Shown: positions 19,604-38,195, numbered from the stretch's first letter. The stretch is 64,000 nucleotides of DNA from the human T2T-CHM13v2.0 reference genome, Homo sapiens (GCF_009914755.1 NC_060934.1), one strand, 5' to 3'. Notes: generated by a model from the letters alone, not told the origin. A program made the numbers and translations.

Positions 19604-19697
19604 TTAAAAAAAACGTATTTCCCTAAATAAATAAGCATAGCAATCTATAAAGTGTGCTACAAAGAAATTTAAAGTGTTTCAGAATAAAAGTTAATGT

Positions 19698-20001
<304 letters not shown>

Positions 20002-20530
20002 CTAATGCTACTATCAAAGAAAAGATAAAAGAGCATCTAAAATTATTTATTGGTGGAACATTTTTGTTAACGAACTCGACACTTCTAAACCATCTGGATA
20101 TGGCAGTGCCGTTAAGGCTATGACCATCAAATTCAATTTAGCTTAGGCTAACCCTCACTGAGCACACATACAGCCAACGTTGGGGTAAGAGGGAGGAGGA
20201 GAAGTCTTAGAGATATGACAAAAGCATGGGGAAGAGATGCCAATTCAAACCTGGGTGATCTGAGCTAATAATAGTCGGCATAAAACTTAGAATGATTTTT
20301 CAAGCTAAGATTTAAAAAAGTAAAATCCAAGATTTAAATTTTTGCTCATTTTGAGGCACTGTCCAAAGAATATGAAATTTGCAGCCAACAGGCAATCGGC
20401 TCTGTCAGTTCTCTGAGAGAGCTTCAGCAAAGTACTTAACTTTCCTTATCCATAAAACGGGTTATTAATTCTGCCATAAATTCCCCACTGGGTTATGGTA
20501 AGGACTGGTACATTATAAAGTATGTGGTAG

Positions 20531-21070
<540 letters not shown>

Positions 21071-21774
21071 TAAGACTCAGCCTGAATTAGTATTAAAGAA
21101 GGGCTGGGTGCTCATTGCATCGTCCTGTCATATCACCACTGGCACTGAGCCCAGAGCTCCCAAAGGGAGAAACTGGGTATAGGGAATGGTCACCTCTTCC
21201 CTTTGGGTAAATTTCAGGGAGCTAAGTTCCCCTGTATGGACAATGTAATCCAGCTATATCTTACCAAATCTAACACTTCTAAATCATCTTGATATGGCAG
21301 TGCCAATAAGGCTGTGACCATCAAATTCAATTTAACTTAGGGCTAACCCTCAACTGAGCACACACGCAGCCAATGTTGGGGTAAGATGGAGGAGGAGTCT
21401 TAAGAGATATGACAAAACTATGGAGAAAGAAAGTTAAGATGAAACCCTGAGTGTAGGTAACAGTCGTAGCATTTTTGTATTACTAGTAATGAGTGGTATA
21501 AATTAGAGAAGTGTAGGAAGTCAGGATTTTAGAACACATTGTAATATCTGCTATTCACCGTGAGATTACTCATGAACAGCTCACATTGTTGAGGTTTGTG
21601 TTTACTTATAAAAGAAGTTGAAATTTATTTTCAGGACTTACTATGCAGCTTTATAAAGTGGGGGGTGGGAACAGTAAACAAAATACTGTTAATGAGTAAT
21701 ATTCCAAATTTAAAAACAAAATGTATTCATTTTGTTTTGTATGCCTGTATGCCTCCTGCAACCTTAGTATATAG

Positions 21775-21860
21775 CAGGGGTCCTCAACTCCTGCGCTGCA
21801 GACTGGTACTGGTCCATGGCCGGTTAGGAGCTGGGCCGCACAGCAGAAGGTGAGCAGCGG
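21775..21860 (+). mobile_element. MER1-like hAT-Charlie fragment
   Basis: caggggtcctcaactcc...tactggtccatggcc...gttagga...gggccgcacagcagaaggtgagc. Confidence 0.7.
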
Positions 21861-24249
21861 GGGAAGGAGGGCGAAAGTCAAATAAGATAGGAACTAATTA
21901 GAGAGTACTTTTATTCTTAGTAAATAAAATTATTTATTTACATCAATCTATATGTATATAGAATTATACAGATCTTTATTTTCTATTTTAGCCAAAATCT
22001 TTTCTTTAATAACATAATTGTTTTATTTCTATACTTCATAACTAGGAAGAAATATTAACAGATATATCCAGCACATTTTTTTACTACTCCAATGTAATCT
22101 GATTATATTGTTGTTATTATGTAGGAAGAAAATATGATGCCACTGTTCTGATAAGATCGCATGGGCCTGTGAAACAGCCACAGGTTGTAAGATTTTTTTA
22201 CATTTTAAAACTTCATAAAACAATCATTCGTCATCAGTTGCCTTCTATAAAATATCTATTCTAGATGATGTATAAGATTCCATCTACAACAGGAGTCTAC
22301 TATTTGCTGAGCTTGGCCTTAGGGGTATAGATATGAATATGGGTACAATTTAGGTTGAGATTCCCCACAATGTTGACAACTTGAATATATCCGATTTATA
22401 AAAAAAAACATAAGCTGTGTGGAACTTTTTAAAAAAGCTTTTAGTGTCACCTATCCAATTAAGTGTTTTCTCAAGAAACATTTTTAAAGCTATCAATAGC
22501 TTTACAATTGATAGCTTTAAAAATGTTTCCGTAGAAAAGAAACAACAGTCCTCAACAGCTTTAAAAATGTTCCCGTAGAAAAGAAAAACTCAACTAGTAC
22601 TCAAAGAGAAGCATATTATATTGTAAAATGATGGAGAACTCTTTTCATAAACCCATGGGACACCAGGGGGACTACAAGTATGGCCTTGGTTGGTGGCAAA
22701 AAGAGAAGGAAAAAAGCCCCTGCATCGCATGCCTCCAGGGGGCGCTCTTCACAGGCATTCCATATAAATGGCGTGCTCCCTGGAGCTGTGCTCTGGGACG
22801 AGGCTGAATGAGGCAAACCTAGAGACCCTGTCTCTATCACTTACTATGCGATTTTAGAGATGTTATTTAGCCTCTCTATACCTTAAATTTCTCACTTATA
22901 AAATGAAGATAATATTAAGGACATAAGTCATCACCTGTTAGCAGATGATGTTTTAGAGCTGCACAGTCATGATGAGAACTGTATTGTTGTGCTATACATT
23001 TAACCAGCATTTCAAAATTGTCTTTCAGCCATTATCTCAACAAATACTTACTGAGTGAATTCTTTATGTGCCACGCAGTGTTCTAGGCATTAGGGACACA
23101 AAAGTGAACCAAAGATTTTAAATCTCTGCTCTCATGTAGTTTATGTTTTAGTTCTACTGAGAAACATGTAACAAAAAAACAAAACATGTCAAGTGGAAAC
23201 AGTAATACGAAGATAAATAAAAAAGCTTAAGGGAAGAGAATGTCCGTTTCTGTGTCTGTGCGTGGGATACCTGTTTTAGATAGGTGAGTCACAAAGCCTG
23301 CTTGGATAAGATCTTTGAGCAGAGACCCAAATGTCATGAGGAAGACAGAGGCTTGTTAACTATCTGTGGAATGTATACCAGGGTTAGAAACCAGCTGTAC
23401 CTGTCCCTGTAGCAACACACACCTGACAGCAAGGAGGCTGGTGAGGCTGCAGATGGGATGCACATGGAAGATTGTGATAGGAGATCACGAAGTAGGATCT
23501 CTCTGACACCATCAGAGAGGGAGTTGTGAGGCAGACCATGGAGGGCCTTTCAGATCACGGGAGGATTTTGCATGCTATTTTGGGTGAGATGAATGGGAAG
23601 GAAACAGAGGGTTCTGCACAGAGGAGTGGTGTGATCTAATTGACATTTTTAAAAACATCACACTGGCTGCTGTATGGAGAACAGATCTGGGGTGGGAGGG
23701 AGCAGACAGAAGACTCAACAGGACAGGTGCCGGCAACTGTGGCACACGCTTATAATTTAAGTAACTTCTCTAAATCTGTTCCAGGATTTATAGTATGGCA
23801 AACTAACTTGACAATGAAGAGGTCTTTTCTCTCAGTACACGTTAAATTTACAAAGAAATATGTTTTAGAAAGTAAAAGCACTGTTTAAATGAAAGGTTGG
23901 TAACTAATTATCAAAACTGTTCCACTTGGTTTTTCATTCACCTGAATCAACAATTAGGTATAATTTGCTTCGCTGATTTCCTTAATCTCAGGAATTTGTT
24001 TCATCAAAATAAAAATTTGAAATGGGTACTAGGTACATGAAGTTTTTGTTTTTTTTTTTAAAAAAAGGAAAATTGGTACTAGAAATAACTTTTAAAGAGG
24101 TTTGTGAAAGCTCTGGTTGAAGCACAGCTTATGAGATTCACTAGAAACATTTTAAAATCACAGTGTAAGACTTCTATGCCTATTGAACTAGAAATAATAC
24201 TTTTCTGGAAAGATTTCTTATACATTTGGCATATTAGCCAATGACTCTA

Positions 24250-26181
<1,932 letters not shown>

Positions 26182-27221
26182 TCACTGGAAATTCATAAAA
26201 AGAATAATAATTTCCATTTTTACAGTGCACTATTTTATCTATGTCCTACCTCGTTCCTGAGTGACATTCACTATAGCATGCATGCAAACACAACATAAGG
26301 GTACTCTACAAATCTAGAAAGAGCTAGTCTCTCAGAAATCAAATAAACTGTAGAATCTGCAACACATACAAATTACAATCACCTCTTTGCTCAAAACATG
26401 TGAAACTCATCAAATTTCTACCCAACCAATTAGATGTACCCACATTACTTCTAAAATTCTCCCCATTCAAGCCTTCTGAGTTTCAGCAGTTGACAGGTTA
26501 AATGGCTGCCAAATAAATCCCAGCAAAGGAAGATTCATGTATTTTGCCAGAGAAAAGGTGAAAATATTAAAAATCTTAAATGCATTTTAAGTACTACTAC
26601 TATAATAAATTAAATCTAATTTATTTGAAGCATCTTGTCAATTAACCATTACAGAGTCCCTAAGAATAATCCATTTTGACAAATTAAGACCTTCAGCAGC
26701 CATGCTAAGTATTTTAATATTTAAAGTAAGATAATATGCAAGTTTAAGAAATAAAGCACATATAATAAAGGCACAAAAACATGAAAAAAGGTAACTCATC
26801 GTTCTGTATATAATTTATATTTTTATTTTAAGCTAATGCAAAAGTATATCATACAAATTTATTTGGTCTCTTTTACTTATTATAAGGAGACATTTCTCTA
26901 TTACTAACAGGCAGGCATGCAGCCTAAATAGTTTTTTATCAACTATTTGTAAAATTATTCAGCAATATTTTTAAAGCCTTAAGAATAACAGAAATCAACT
27001 ATAGAGACTTTACAAAACAGAGCTCATCAGTGCAACACAGGGACTATGTTCAGCATCTGAGACAGATGTGGTAACACATCTTCCCCTAATCAAAACAAGC
27101 TTAACTCAAGACTATCATCACATCCTGCTCTTTGCATTCGACAGCTTGCAAAGCTCAAGTGCAGCCACAAACGTAACAGCAAAGTAGTAGTGACAGGAAG
27201 AGGGTGAGATACTTAAAAAAC

Positions 27222-27248
27222 ATATATATATATATATATATATATATA
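27222..27248. repeat. (TA)n microsatellite
   Basis: Directly visible. Confidence 0.95.
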
Positions 27249-27496
27249 CACTGATGCAGATAAATATTACGCTGTAGCATCAGTTATGTACAGGATACAA
27301 AAGAAAACCAAACATAAAAATAAAAAATAAGGATGGCAAACCATCTATCACAAACGTATTCTGCAAATTAGTAAGATTAACACGATAGAGGGATTTCTCT
27401 AAGCAAAAGTGAACAGTTTTTAATAGATTGGCTTATTACAAATCTCTACAAAACATGACTTAAAAAGCAAGGAAATGGCTACTGTGCATTTCTTAC

Positions 27497-27526
27497 CAGT
27501 GCTGTGACATCCTTTGTAAACTGTAG
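27497..27526 (-). CDS. ARHGAP21: ARHGAP21 exon 8, 30-nt in-frame microexon (LQFTKDVTAL)
   Basis: tag|CTACAG...GCACTG|gtaag; phase 0-0; peptide matches the recalled ARHGAP21 sequence. Confidence 0.88.
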
Positions 27527-29066
27527 CTAGCAGAAAATAGGAAAACATAGTAGAAGCTGCTTACTGATATAAAGACAAAATCATGTTGTCATATTGATGC
27601 TGGAAACGGCAAGCTAAAAATACATCTATACTTGTTTCTCTGGAAGGTACCAAGAGAGGTAAAGGGCAGTGAAGCATAAAGAATAACTCCAGTATTCTTC
27701 TGAACATCTTTTTCTCAGGCTTTTATCTGATTCTTGTTTGATGTGTCTACCATTCTTGAAAGCAAAATACATCTGGTGACATGCATTCCTAACAGATATT
27801 TTCTTCAATATGCACTGCTGTCTGATAACATGCTACAAAGCTTCCCTCCACGAAAGCAACAGTGATGTCTCTCATTTCCCCCCAGCTTCTTCCATCTCTG
27901 CTTCCAGATGACGAAACGAATGCTCTATTATGCATTTAAAATAGTACAACCTCCTCCTTCCCCAGTAAATCAGAGCATAACCACAAGCTGTCAGCAGACT
28001 GCAGCTGCCTTTACACTAAGATTCAGGGGGGAAAATGACTTCTTTTAAGTAAGTTTCACTCAAAAATTAAGATCTTTCAACACTGTGCCTTTTGTACTAT
28101 TGTATTAGTTTGCAAAAATAACTACTGGATAGACATAAAAATATTACTTCCAGAGTAATTCTTGTTAACCTATAATAAATATTATAGAACAGAGACTAGA
28201 ATGCAGTGACAAATTAAAGCTAGCCATATAAAATAAAATATGTCTACATAGTATTTTTATGGCATGAATACAGTTAATCCCAACATGCATTTTGGGTGTG
28301 TGCATTGACACACCAAGTCTATCTTTTCCATGCTGATTAGAATCATACCAATACTTTTCTGCAATAGGAAAATTGTGTCTGGATGAGAGAATACTGTACT
28401 GTCTGGTACAGCATTTCCCACAACATCCTTGTGTAGTTTTATTATATACCACCTGAAAAGGAGGATGAGGGAGAGGAGGTCCCTATGGTCAATGATGTAG
28501 GGCCACTTGGCAAGCTTTTTGATTTCTCAAAACCACGACGACACTAATGTACATTGTGAAATTCGAAAGGAAAATATAAACTTATTCACCATGGAGGCCA
28601 TTTTTTTCCCAGAGGTTTTAACATAATTAGAATATCTACTTGGGTAATGCTATTCTAGAACTAATATTTTAAAGATGACTCCTTTATTCAAATTTGGGAA
28701 GAAATATTACTGTTTAGTAATAGAAGTATACGGCTGGAACTATTAAAACTTGAGAATATTTTACATACTTCAGACATCTCTAATATTCCTGTATGGCAAT
28801 TCTAAATGCTAAATAGTCTACATTACAGTCACAGGTCCCCACTTCTGAGTTAAGTTATCACAAGGGGCCCTGAAATCCATACAAATGCAGGCATTAACAG
28901 TGAACATCTCACACATGCAGTACTATTATCTAATGTAAGCAGATATGGTTGAGATAAAATATGAATTCATTCAAGAACATTTTTCACAAAATGTACATTG
29001 TGAAACTCAAAAGTACAAACTTACTCGCCAGGGAACCCATTTTTTTCCCCAGAGATTTTAAAATAA

Positions 29067-29409
<343 letters not shown>

Positions 29410-29821
29410 TAGAACTAATATTTTAAAGCTATCTCCTTTATTCAAATTTGGGGAGGAATATTATTTTTGAAACCAATGTCATAAGAATTACATATTCAGT
29501 ATTAACAATTTTGAATTTTAGTTAGGTTTTAAGCCCAAATGGATACTTTACAACATATGAAAGTGTTTTGATAGAATCAGACAACATTTAAATTTTTCCC
29601 AATTTACTAGCTCTTGTGAATTCAACAGAATATGACAAAACATTTTTAGCCATTTTTTCCACTCAGCCTTTTTGTATACCACTTCACATTCCTTCTTGAG
29701 CTTTCTTTACCCTTGTACTTAAGTATTACACCTTTTGGAGTTTAACAGCTTGTATTTTAAAAACTGAAGCCTTCCCTAACAGCCCTGTTTTGCCTATTAG
29801 ATACAAAAAGCTCTAAAAAGT

Positions 29822-29839
29822 GGGGGGGGGGGGGGGGGG
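29822..29839. repeat. G18 homopolymer
   Basis: Directly visible. Confidence 0.9.
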
Positions 29840-31060
29840 AGGAGGAGGAAGAAAATAAGAAAGATGACCCAAAGAATTCTTTCTTTGTAATTAGAACTCC
29901 AAACAGTATGTTAAATACAACTTAATATTAACAGCCTGGATCTTGATTATATGTACAATGCCTAATAGTAACTAAATAACCCTAAAATAATCTCTAGTTC
30001 ATTTTTTATACAGTCACATCAAAATCACCATGACCATACCTATGATAAATGGTAAACAAAATGAAACAGAGCAAAAAAAAAAAAAAAAAAAAAAAAACCT
30101 GAAGAATAAATAAGGTGGTAAGATTAAAATTCCTGCCTTTCAGTTCACCTTTAACAGGTTATTAATTTAATGCCTTTACCTATGATAAAAGCAAGAGTAA
30201 CTTCATGTTTGTTGGTAGATGCCAACCATGCCAGCATAGGGAATGGGAGAAGGGGATGGTGTAGATGGAGAAGGACTTTCTTTTTATTATACCTTTCTGC
30301 ATTATTTCAAATATTTTCAACCAGCACATACTATTCTTGTAATTATTTAAAAATAGATTTTAAAAAATTACAAAGTAAACTGCTGCTAACCTGCAAAATA
30401 TGAAAGAACCCTCCAGAATTCATACTCTTGCTTCCCTCACTCTAGGCCGGACCACCTACATGTACACTTGACAAATGGCTACTTAAATAGGATATTGTAC
30501 TGATAATAGAACACATGAAATGCTTATTTTAAAAGTAATTCTAATAAACTTCAAGAAAAACTTAGTTTAAATTACATTTTTCAAATTATCACATATCCAT
30601 AGAGCAGCAAAAAAGAACACTGGACTCAGAACCCAGAGGTTCACGTTGTAATAACAGCTCCAACACCAACTGGCAGGGTGACTTATGGTAAGCCACCTAA
30701 ACAGTTCATCTCCACTCAACAGCAGTATAGGACTGTGGTTTAGAGTACAGGCTTTCATCTCAGACCCGCCCGAGTTCAAATCCTTATACCATTTGCTTTC
30801 TTCCTTATTATACCAGACATGCTGTTTAACTTTGCTGTGTTTAACATAGAACAGCATAAAGTAGGTTTAAAATGTCCTGGCCAAATATTAGTTATACCCA
30901 AGAATCTCCAGAGTTATAAAAACCGATTAACTTAAAATTTAATCTTTGAGTCAATGGAGCCAAATGCTTAACAAAGTATCCTGGGTGATGAACCAAGAAG
31001 TATGCCCCGATCTAGTTCTCCTACCACTATCTCACTCAGGGAAGTATTCTCTTTGGTCAG

Positions 31061-31422
31061 TGCTACGGTCTGAATGTTTGTGTGTTCCCCTCCCCTAATT
31101 CGTATGTTGACACTTAATCACCAGTGTGAATGAGTTAGGAGATGGGGCCTCTGGGAGATGATTAGGTCATGAGGGTAGACCTCATGTATGAAATTAGTGT
31201 CCTTATAAAAGAAGCCACAGAGAGCTGCGTCAGCTCTTCCACCAAGTGAAGACACAGTGAAAAGGTACTATCTATGAGAAAATGGGCCCTCACGAGACAC
31301 CAAATCTACCTGAGCCTTGACCTTGGGCTTCCCAGCCTCCAGAATATGAGAAATAAATTTCTTTGTTTATAGGCCATCCAGTCTAAGGTATTTTGTTACA
31401 GCAGCCCAAATAGACTAAGAGA
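31061..31422 (+). mobile_element. MaLR solo LTR (MLT1A-like)
   Basis: Starts TGCTACGGTCTGAATGTTTG, has AATAAA and ends ...GCAGCCCAAATAGACTAAGAGA; 5-bp TSD GTCAG on both sides. Confidence 0.85.
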
Positions 31423-33527
31423 GTCAGCATCATTGTTTAGGTGACCAGACTGGTGTGGCTATTTCACTCATGCATAGATAACATTTAATGGGGAAACAAA
31501 ATCATTTTGGTTTTTGGAAATACAATAAAAAACCTTTTTATTTTGCAATAAACACGAACCTGTCTAAGATACCAGAGTCTAAAATATTACAACAAAATAC
31601 TGTTAAAATGATTAAAATGAATGTAATACTATTTATATTGTTAACCTAGAAAATATATGCTGGTTTAAAAAATGAGGCTGCCAAGCACAGGACTCCTATT
31701 ACTAGCACTAGTTTAAAAACATAAATGAATTATTCTTAATTTTACTTCATGGTTTTAAACATTCTATCATTGTCATCCATGAATTATGAAACCTATAATC
31801 ATATACCTGTCCTTACACGAGTCAAATTTTAAGCCAAATTAAATTTTCTAGGCCACCTCTCAAAGGTGAGCAGAGCACTTCTAAAATAATTTGGTCTGTA
31901 TATCACTTCAGGAAAAGAAAAAAAACCTCCATGCACTACCCAATCCTGTTGCCCAGGCAAACATATACAACCTACAAGTGTTTCCATGGGTAAATGATTT
32001 TTACAGTGGCTGTAAAAATGTTCACATTACCCATTGCTTTTCTTTACAATAAATATTCAACCTCATGGGAACAAATACATCTTTAAAAGCATATATTTTG
32101 AATAACAGATTTAAGATCTGCATAAGTACTTCTGAAGTACATTAAAGAACATTTTAACTCTGGAATATATGTTAGAGACAGAAAATTATATATTCCTTTG
32201 ATTTCTTAATGAATTACACTACATTCAAATGTGAATTAAGGATAGGTTAAAAAGTAGAGTTTTCTTTTATGATTAAAGGCATGTACTTTTATTTCTTAAT
32301 GATTAAAGTAATTCAAATACCATGTTTTAAAAATAAATTTTATGTTACAGTATACCAGAACTCTTTACTGCTGAGCCTTGAAGATCTGCATGCTCATGTT
32401 ATTTACTGAACTGGTTTTTCTCTGTCTCTGGGATACTTTATATTTTACTTTTACTTTAGATTTACTTAAATAAAATTTAACAAGACAGACTATTCTAGAA
32501 TATGAATGAGTAACAGAACAAAACTAATTTTTCTTTAAGTGACCTGTTTTTCCATTAATCATATCATTACAAAATTACTCCTTCCATTACATGAAGTGGT
32601 TTGCTGCTCTTCATCAATCACACTGCAGGATATCATGGCGATTCTGCATTTAATTGCTTCCATGCCAGCCATTCTGTGAAATGAGCACTGTTCCAAGAGC
32701 CATCCAACCAGTACCTTCACCTTGGCAAGGAAAGGGTCTACTGAAGATCGGAAAACAGTTCAGTTTCATAAGCTGATTCTGTCTTCAAGCCTTCAGATTG
32801 CAAGGAGGAAGCCAGGTAAATCCTTCGCTACCATATACACCATCTTCTGTATAAGAAGAGCACTAGAGAAGAATTCCCTATTTATTTCTAGTCTAGTTAT
32901 TTTCATAGCCATTGGTGTCTGTGGTTATGTCTGCTACATGATCACTATGCTGAATTGTCAGGGTAGGAACTCTACAACCACTTTTGCATGTCTAGGAAAA
33001 TTACTGCAGCAAACTGTATCTTCCTTCCTGAGCCTCCCAACTCCAACTGAACTGTGTACTTCAGAAGGGTAATTGTTATCGGTACTAAGCCATTCCTAAG
33101 TAAAATCTACATGCCTTGAAAACATGGGGTTAATCCCCATGAGTTTCACTTAATTATAGTTTACATGTCAGTGAATGACTCTTTAGGATCAGCTTTAGTG
33201 ATTTTTTTTTTATAAAACATGTTTACAGATTATTTATGGCCTTTGATGAGCTAAGTTCAAACTACTGCCTTACAAATGAAGAACATTACTATACCATTTC
33301 CATTACCACGACAAAGAGTCCATCAGCTCCCTGCTTTTCTTGAATTTAGCTATAGGTAATAAGAAAAAAACCCAATTGTTTACCAAAAAGAATTAAAAAT
33401 AAATACTTCAGCGGCCACTGCCATTTCCTAGATCTGTTAGTTGTAAGTATGTTACTTAAAGAGTTTTTCTATTTTATTCTACAGAACTGCAAAATCAATT
33501 GAAGGAAAATGTTATTTTCTTGAATGA

Positions 33528-34090
<563 letters not shown>

Positions 34091-34785
34091 ATGAAATTTA
34101 TATTTTTATCATCAGCAGTATTTAAGCTTAGTAAAGGAGTTAAGTATTCTATTCAATTTCTTTCTTTATAAAAATCAGAAAAATATTTTAGACTAAATAC
34201 TAAAGTTTTCAAGTTTCATTTCAAGACCATAACATATTTTCCCCTTAAGTTGTAGACTCCGTTCATTGTGAACATTTTAGGAACGAATTGATACTACTAA
34301 CAATACTGCTTGGTGAATTTACAAACGTAATATTTATTGGAAAATTAGAAAATGGCAATCATAAAGTTTGTCCTCGTATTACAAAAATAAGATTCTATTT
34401 TTTTTTTTTCTCTGTACATAGTGAGAAGGAAAAAAAAAAAGATTCTAATTCCTGGGGATATGCACTTGCACTCTAAACTCTTCCTTTGGTCCAAGGATGA
34501 ACTAGAAGGCAACACTAGGACAAACTCTTTAGGAATCTCATTCTAAATGAGAGCATTAAGAGTTCACTGTAGAATCAACATAACATTTCCATGTCACTTA
34601 ATTGCAAAAACTTGGCAATGGTATTTTTGTAAAATGTAGAGAATTCCAGATTCTGTAAAAGGAACCAGAGGGTTTTTAAATTCTAGAATTTTTTTTAAAT
34701 TCCATCTTTAATACTTCCATCTCAAAAATATTTTCCGAACATTCATGACTGTAAAACAACTCATATATGAATAAATAAAACTTAC

Positions 34786-34840
34786 CACTTGGAGAATGTC
34801 TTCATCTTTTGGCATAACACTAAGTTCCAATGTTGTATCA
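34786..34840 (-). CDS. ARHGAP21: ARHGAP21 coding exon 7 (end of PDZ domain, DTTLELSVMPKDEDILQV)
   Basis: 55 nt; cag|TGAT...CAAGTG|gtaag. Confidence 0.94.
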
Positions 34841-35255
34841 CTGAAATTGAATTATATACTATTTTAGGAGAGGTAGAAGTGTATAAAAAAAGACTTAATG
34901 GAAAAACAGTTAACTCAGAAGTATTTTTTAAATTGTTTAAGAGTTTATTCTGGTTTTCTTATATCTTAATTTTTAAAATCAAATCATTAGAATGAAAAGA
35001 AGTCACCTTTGTATACGTAAGTTAACTATATACAAAAGAGGGACGGACCCCTGCCATGTTTGTGCTATTCATAATCAGTAAAGTTTTCTTTATAACATGT
35101 TTCTAATTTAGAAATATAAAGTATGTTGCTTATATTAAATAGTCCCAGGACAAACTCTTAACAATATCAGTATACAATTATTTATTGTTTTATTCAAGTC
35201 ACAAAACAAATTATAGATTGTTGTCATATATTCTGTTCAAGTTAAAATTCATTAA

Positions 35256-35582
<327 letters not shown>

Positions 35583-35886
35583 AAGTAATATTAAACATCT
35601 TAATTTTGCAATATTCCCTCCTGGCCTCAGAAGTGAAGGAAATCGCTTTACTGTCACAACTACTGAGCTGACTCATTTTTAATAACTATATAACATTTCA
35701 ACTATTTGCTTTTTTCCCTATGATTTACTTTTAGTGCCTTTACAGGGACAGCTCAAAGTCTAATTTTATTTTGGTTCTGTAAATTTCCTGTTGAAAATGA
35801 TAGAGAAATTTCCCTAAGTTTAGAAAGTTCAAAGGGGTAAACAAAACTGAATCCTGTGATCTGGAGGTACATACAGATATGGCAAA

Positions 35887-36213
<327 letters not shown>

Positions 36214-36508
36214 CTATCTCCACCAAATGCTTCAACAGCTAATCTAACAATATCAGACATATTTTCCCCCAATACAGTCAAGAGATTAAGAAACAATCAA
36301 CAACAAAAAACAAAATAATCTACTGGTGTCTCTTCTTGACAGATTTGAATCATTATGTTTAGTTTCATAAATGCTCAGATTATACTAAACCCATGAGAAC
36401 CACAGGTTCAAATAAATTTAACTAGTAAAATATGTAGGTACTTTCATTTCAATATTTAGAGTTGGTAGAAACTGATGTTTAGATAAACTCCTGCGCAAGG
36501 ACACATCT

Positions 36509-36815
36509 GTTTGTTTGTTGTTTTTGTTTTGAGACAGGGTCTCACTCTGACACTCAGGCTAGAGTGCAGTGGCTCTATCAAGGTTCACTTGATTAACCTC
36601 ACTTGACTGACCTCCTGGACTCAGGTGATCCTCCCACCTCAGCCTCCCAAGTATCTGGGACAACAGACACACACCAGCACGCCCAGCTAATTTTTTGTAG
36701 AGACAGGGTTTCACCATGTTGCCCAGGCTGGTATCAAACTCCTAGGCTCAAGTGATCGGCCCACCTCAGCCTCCTAAAATGCTGGGATTACAGGCATGAG
36801 CCACTGCACCCAGCC
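36509..36815 (-). mobile_element. AluJ
   Basis: Reverse, diverged dimer; TSD CAAGGACACAT. Confidence 0.87.
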
Positions 36816-38195
36816 CACAAGGACACATGTTATATTAATCCACTGCAGAATCTCAAGGGCTTTGTGGTGCATTACCCATTTGCTACCAACTGCAGACAGA
36901 AGAAAAACAACACTTTTAATGGAAATAAGATTATGAAAAAATATTTCTCTAATATTCAAATTGATTTTAGTGGTTGAAGTGTTATTATTCTGAAAGATGA
37001 ACTGTACCAGTAACAGAAGAATCAATGTAGATTTTGAAGAAAACAATGATTAAGTTGGTTTTTAAAGAAGAGATATTAACAAATACACTAAGTCTTTTAA
37101 GTTATGGGCTGACAAAACATATCGTTGTATTTATGATGATCTAAATTATTTTGAGGAAAAAAATTCTGGCAAATCTGTTATCCCTTGGAGAGGCTTTAAA
37201 TTCATTATCAACATTAGAGGCAATATTCAAGAGTTGTTTTCTGTTAGACTCCCATTAAATATTAAAACATTAAAGAAAACACTCTGAGATCAATTAATCA
37301 TGACCATGTCATTTAATTGTAAGAAATGGCAATGTATTAGGGCATTAGTGTAAATAATTTAGATTACAGCATGAGCCACTCTAGACATACTTAGGAGAGC
37401 TTGATAAAAATCTTCAGAAAATGAACTGCACTTGAATTACAGACAGGTGAGTTTGGCCAACAGAAAGCATTAGATAATCCAAAAGTTCCTGTATTTGAAT
37501 CTGAGAAGAACCTCTTACAACAGAGTGATGATCCGACTAGGCTCAGATCCATGGCCTAGCCTTGACAGAAATTCAATATGGTAACTCTTTGGTTTCTAAC
37601 TTATTTGTAATTTGGAAAAATTTTCTAGTTGTGTGGGTGAAACAGAGTAGGACTAAATGATCTTCGAGGTCTCATAGACAGTCACTCTATAAATATGTAT
37701 CTAACTTTAGAGCTCAAAATCCTACTATTCTGTAAAATGCAGGCAGGCAAATGGATTAAAAGGGAATGTCTTGTTGTCTTGGTTAGAACAAATGAGTTGA
37801 GGCTAGGAAGATTATTCAAAAAGATACTTAAAAGTAACATACCCCTGTAAGAGGTTTTAAAATAAACTATATATGCATTTATTTATATATTAAAAACAAA
37901 TTATACATTTGTCACTTCAAATAAAAGGGGTAAACACAGTAAATCTAAAGTGTGTGCCTTACAGCCTCTATGGGATTTTAATCATAAATCTGATACATCT
38001 GTCAAACCAAAGCCACCAACTAAGCTATCCTCAGATAGCTGGTCCTTGGCAACTCTCAAATGCATTATATCTAAGGGAAAGTTCCACATCTCCTTGTCAC
38101 CACAATTCCTTGTAAGAATAGAAGATTGTATTAAATCTATGTGCTCTATTGATCTATAAAACCCATCTTTGGGTTTTAATGTTTTAAGACTCTTA

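Noticed and set aside
32715-33095. Possible cryptic 381-nt exon on the minus strand (ttag|GAATGG ... GTGAAG|gtact), overlapping the plus-strand 116-aa ORF 32722..33072
   Set aside because: Six in-frame stops in the ARHGAP21 frame, a weak polypyrimidine tract, and no recognisable protein similarity for the plus ORF, which has a non-ATG start
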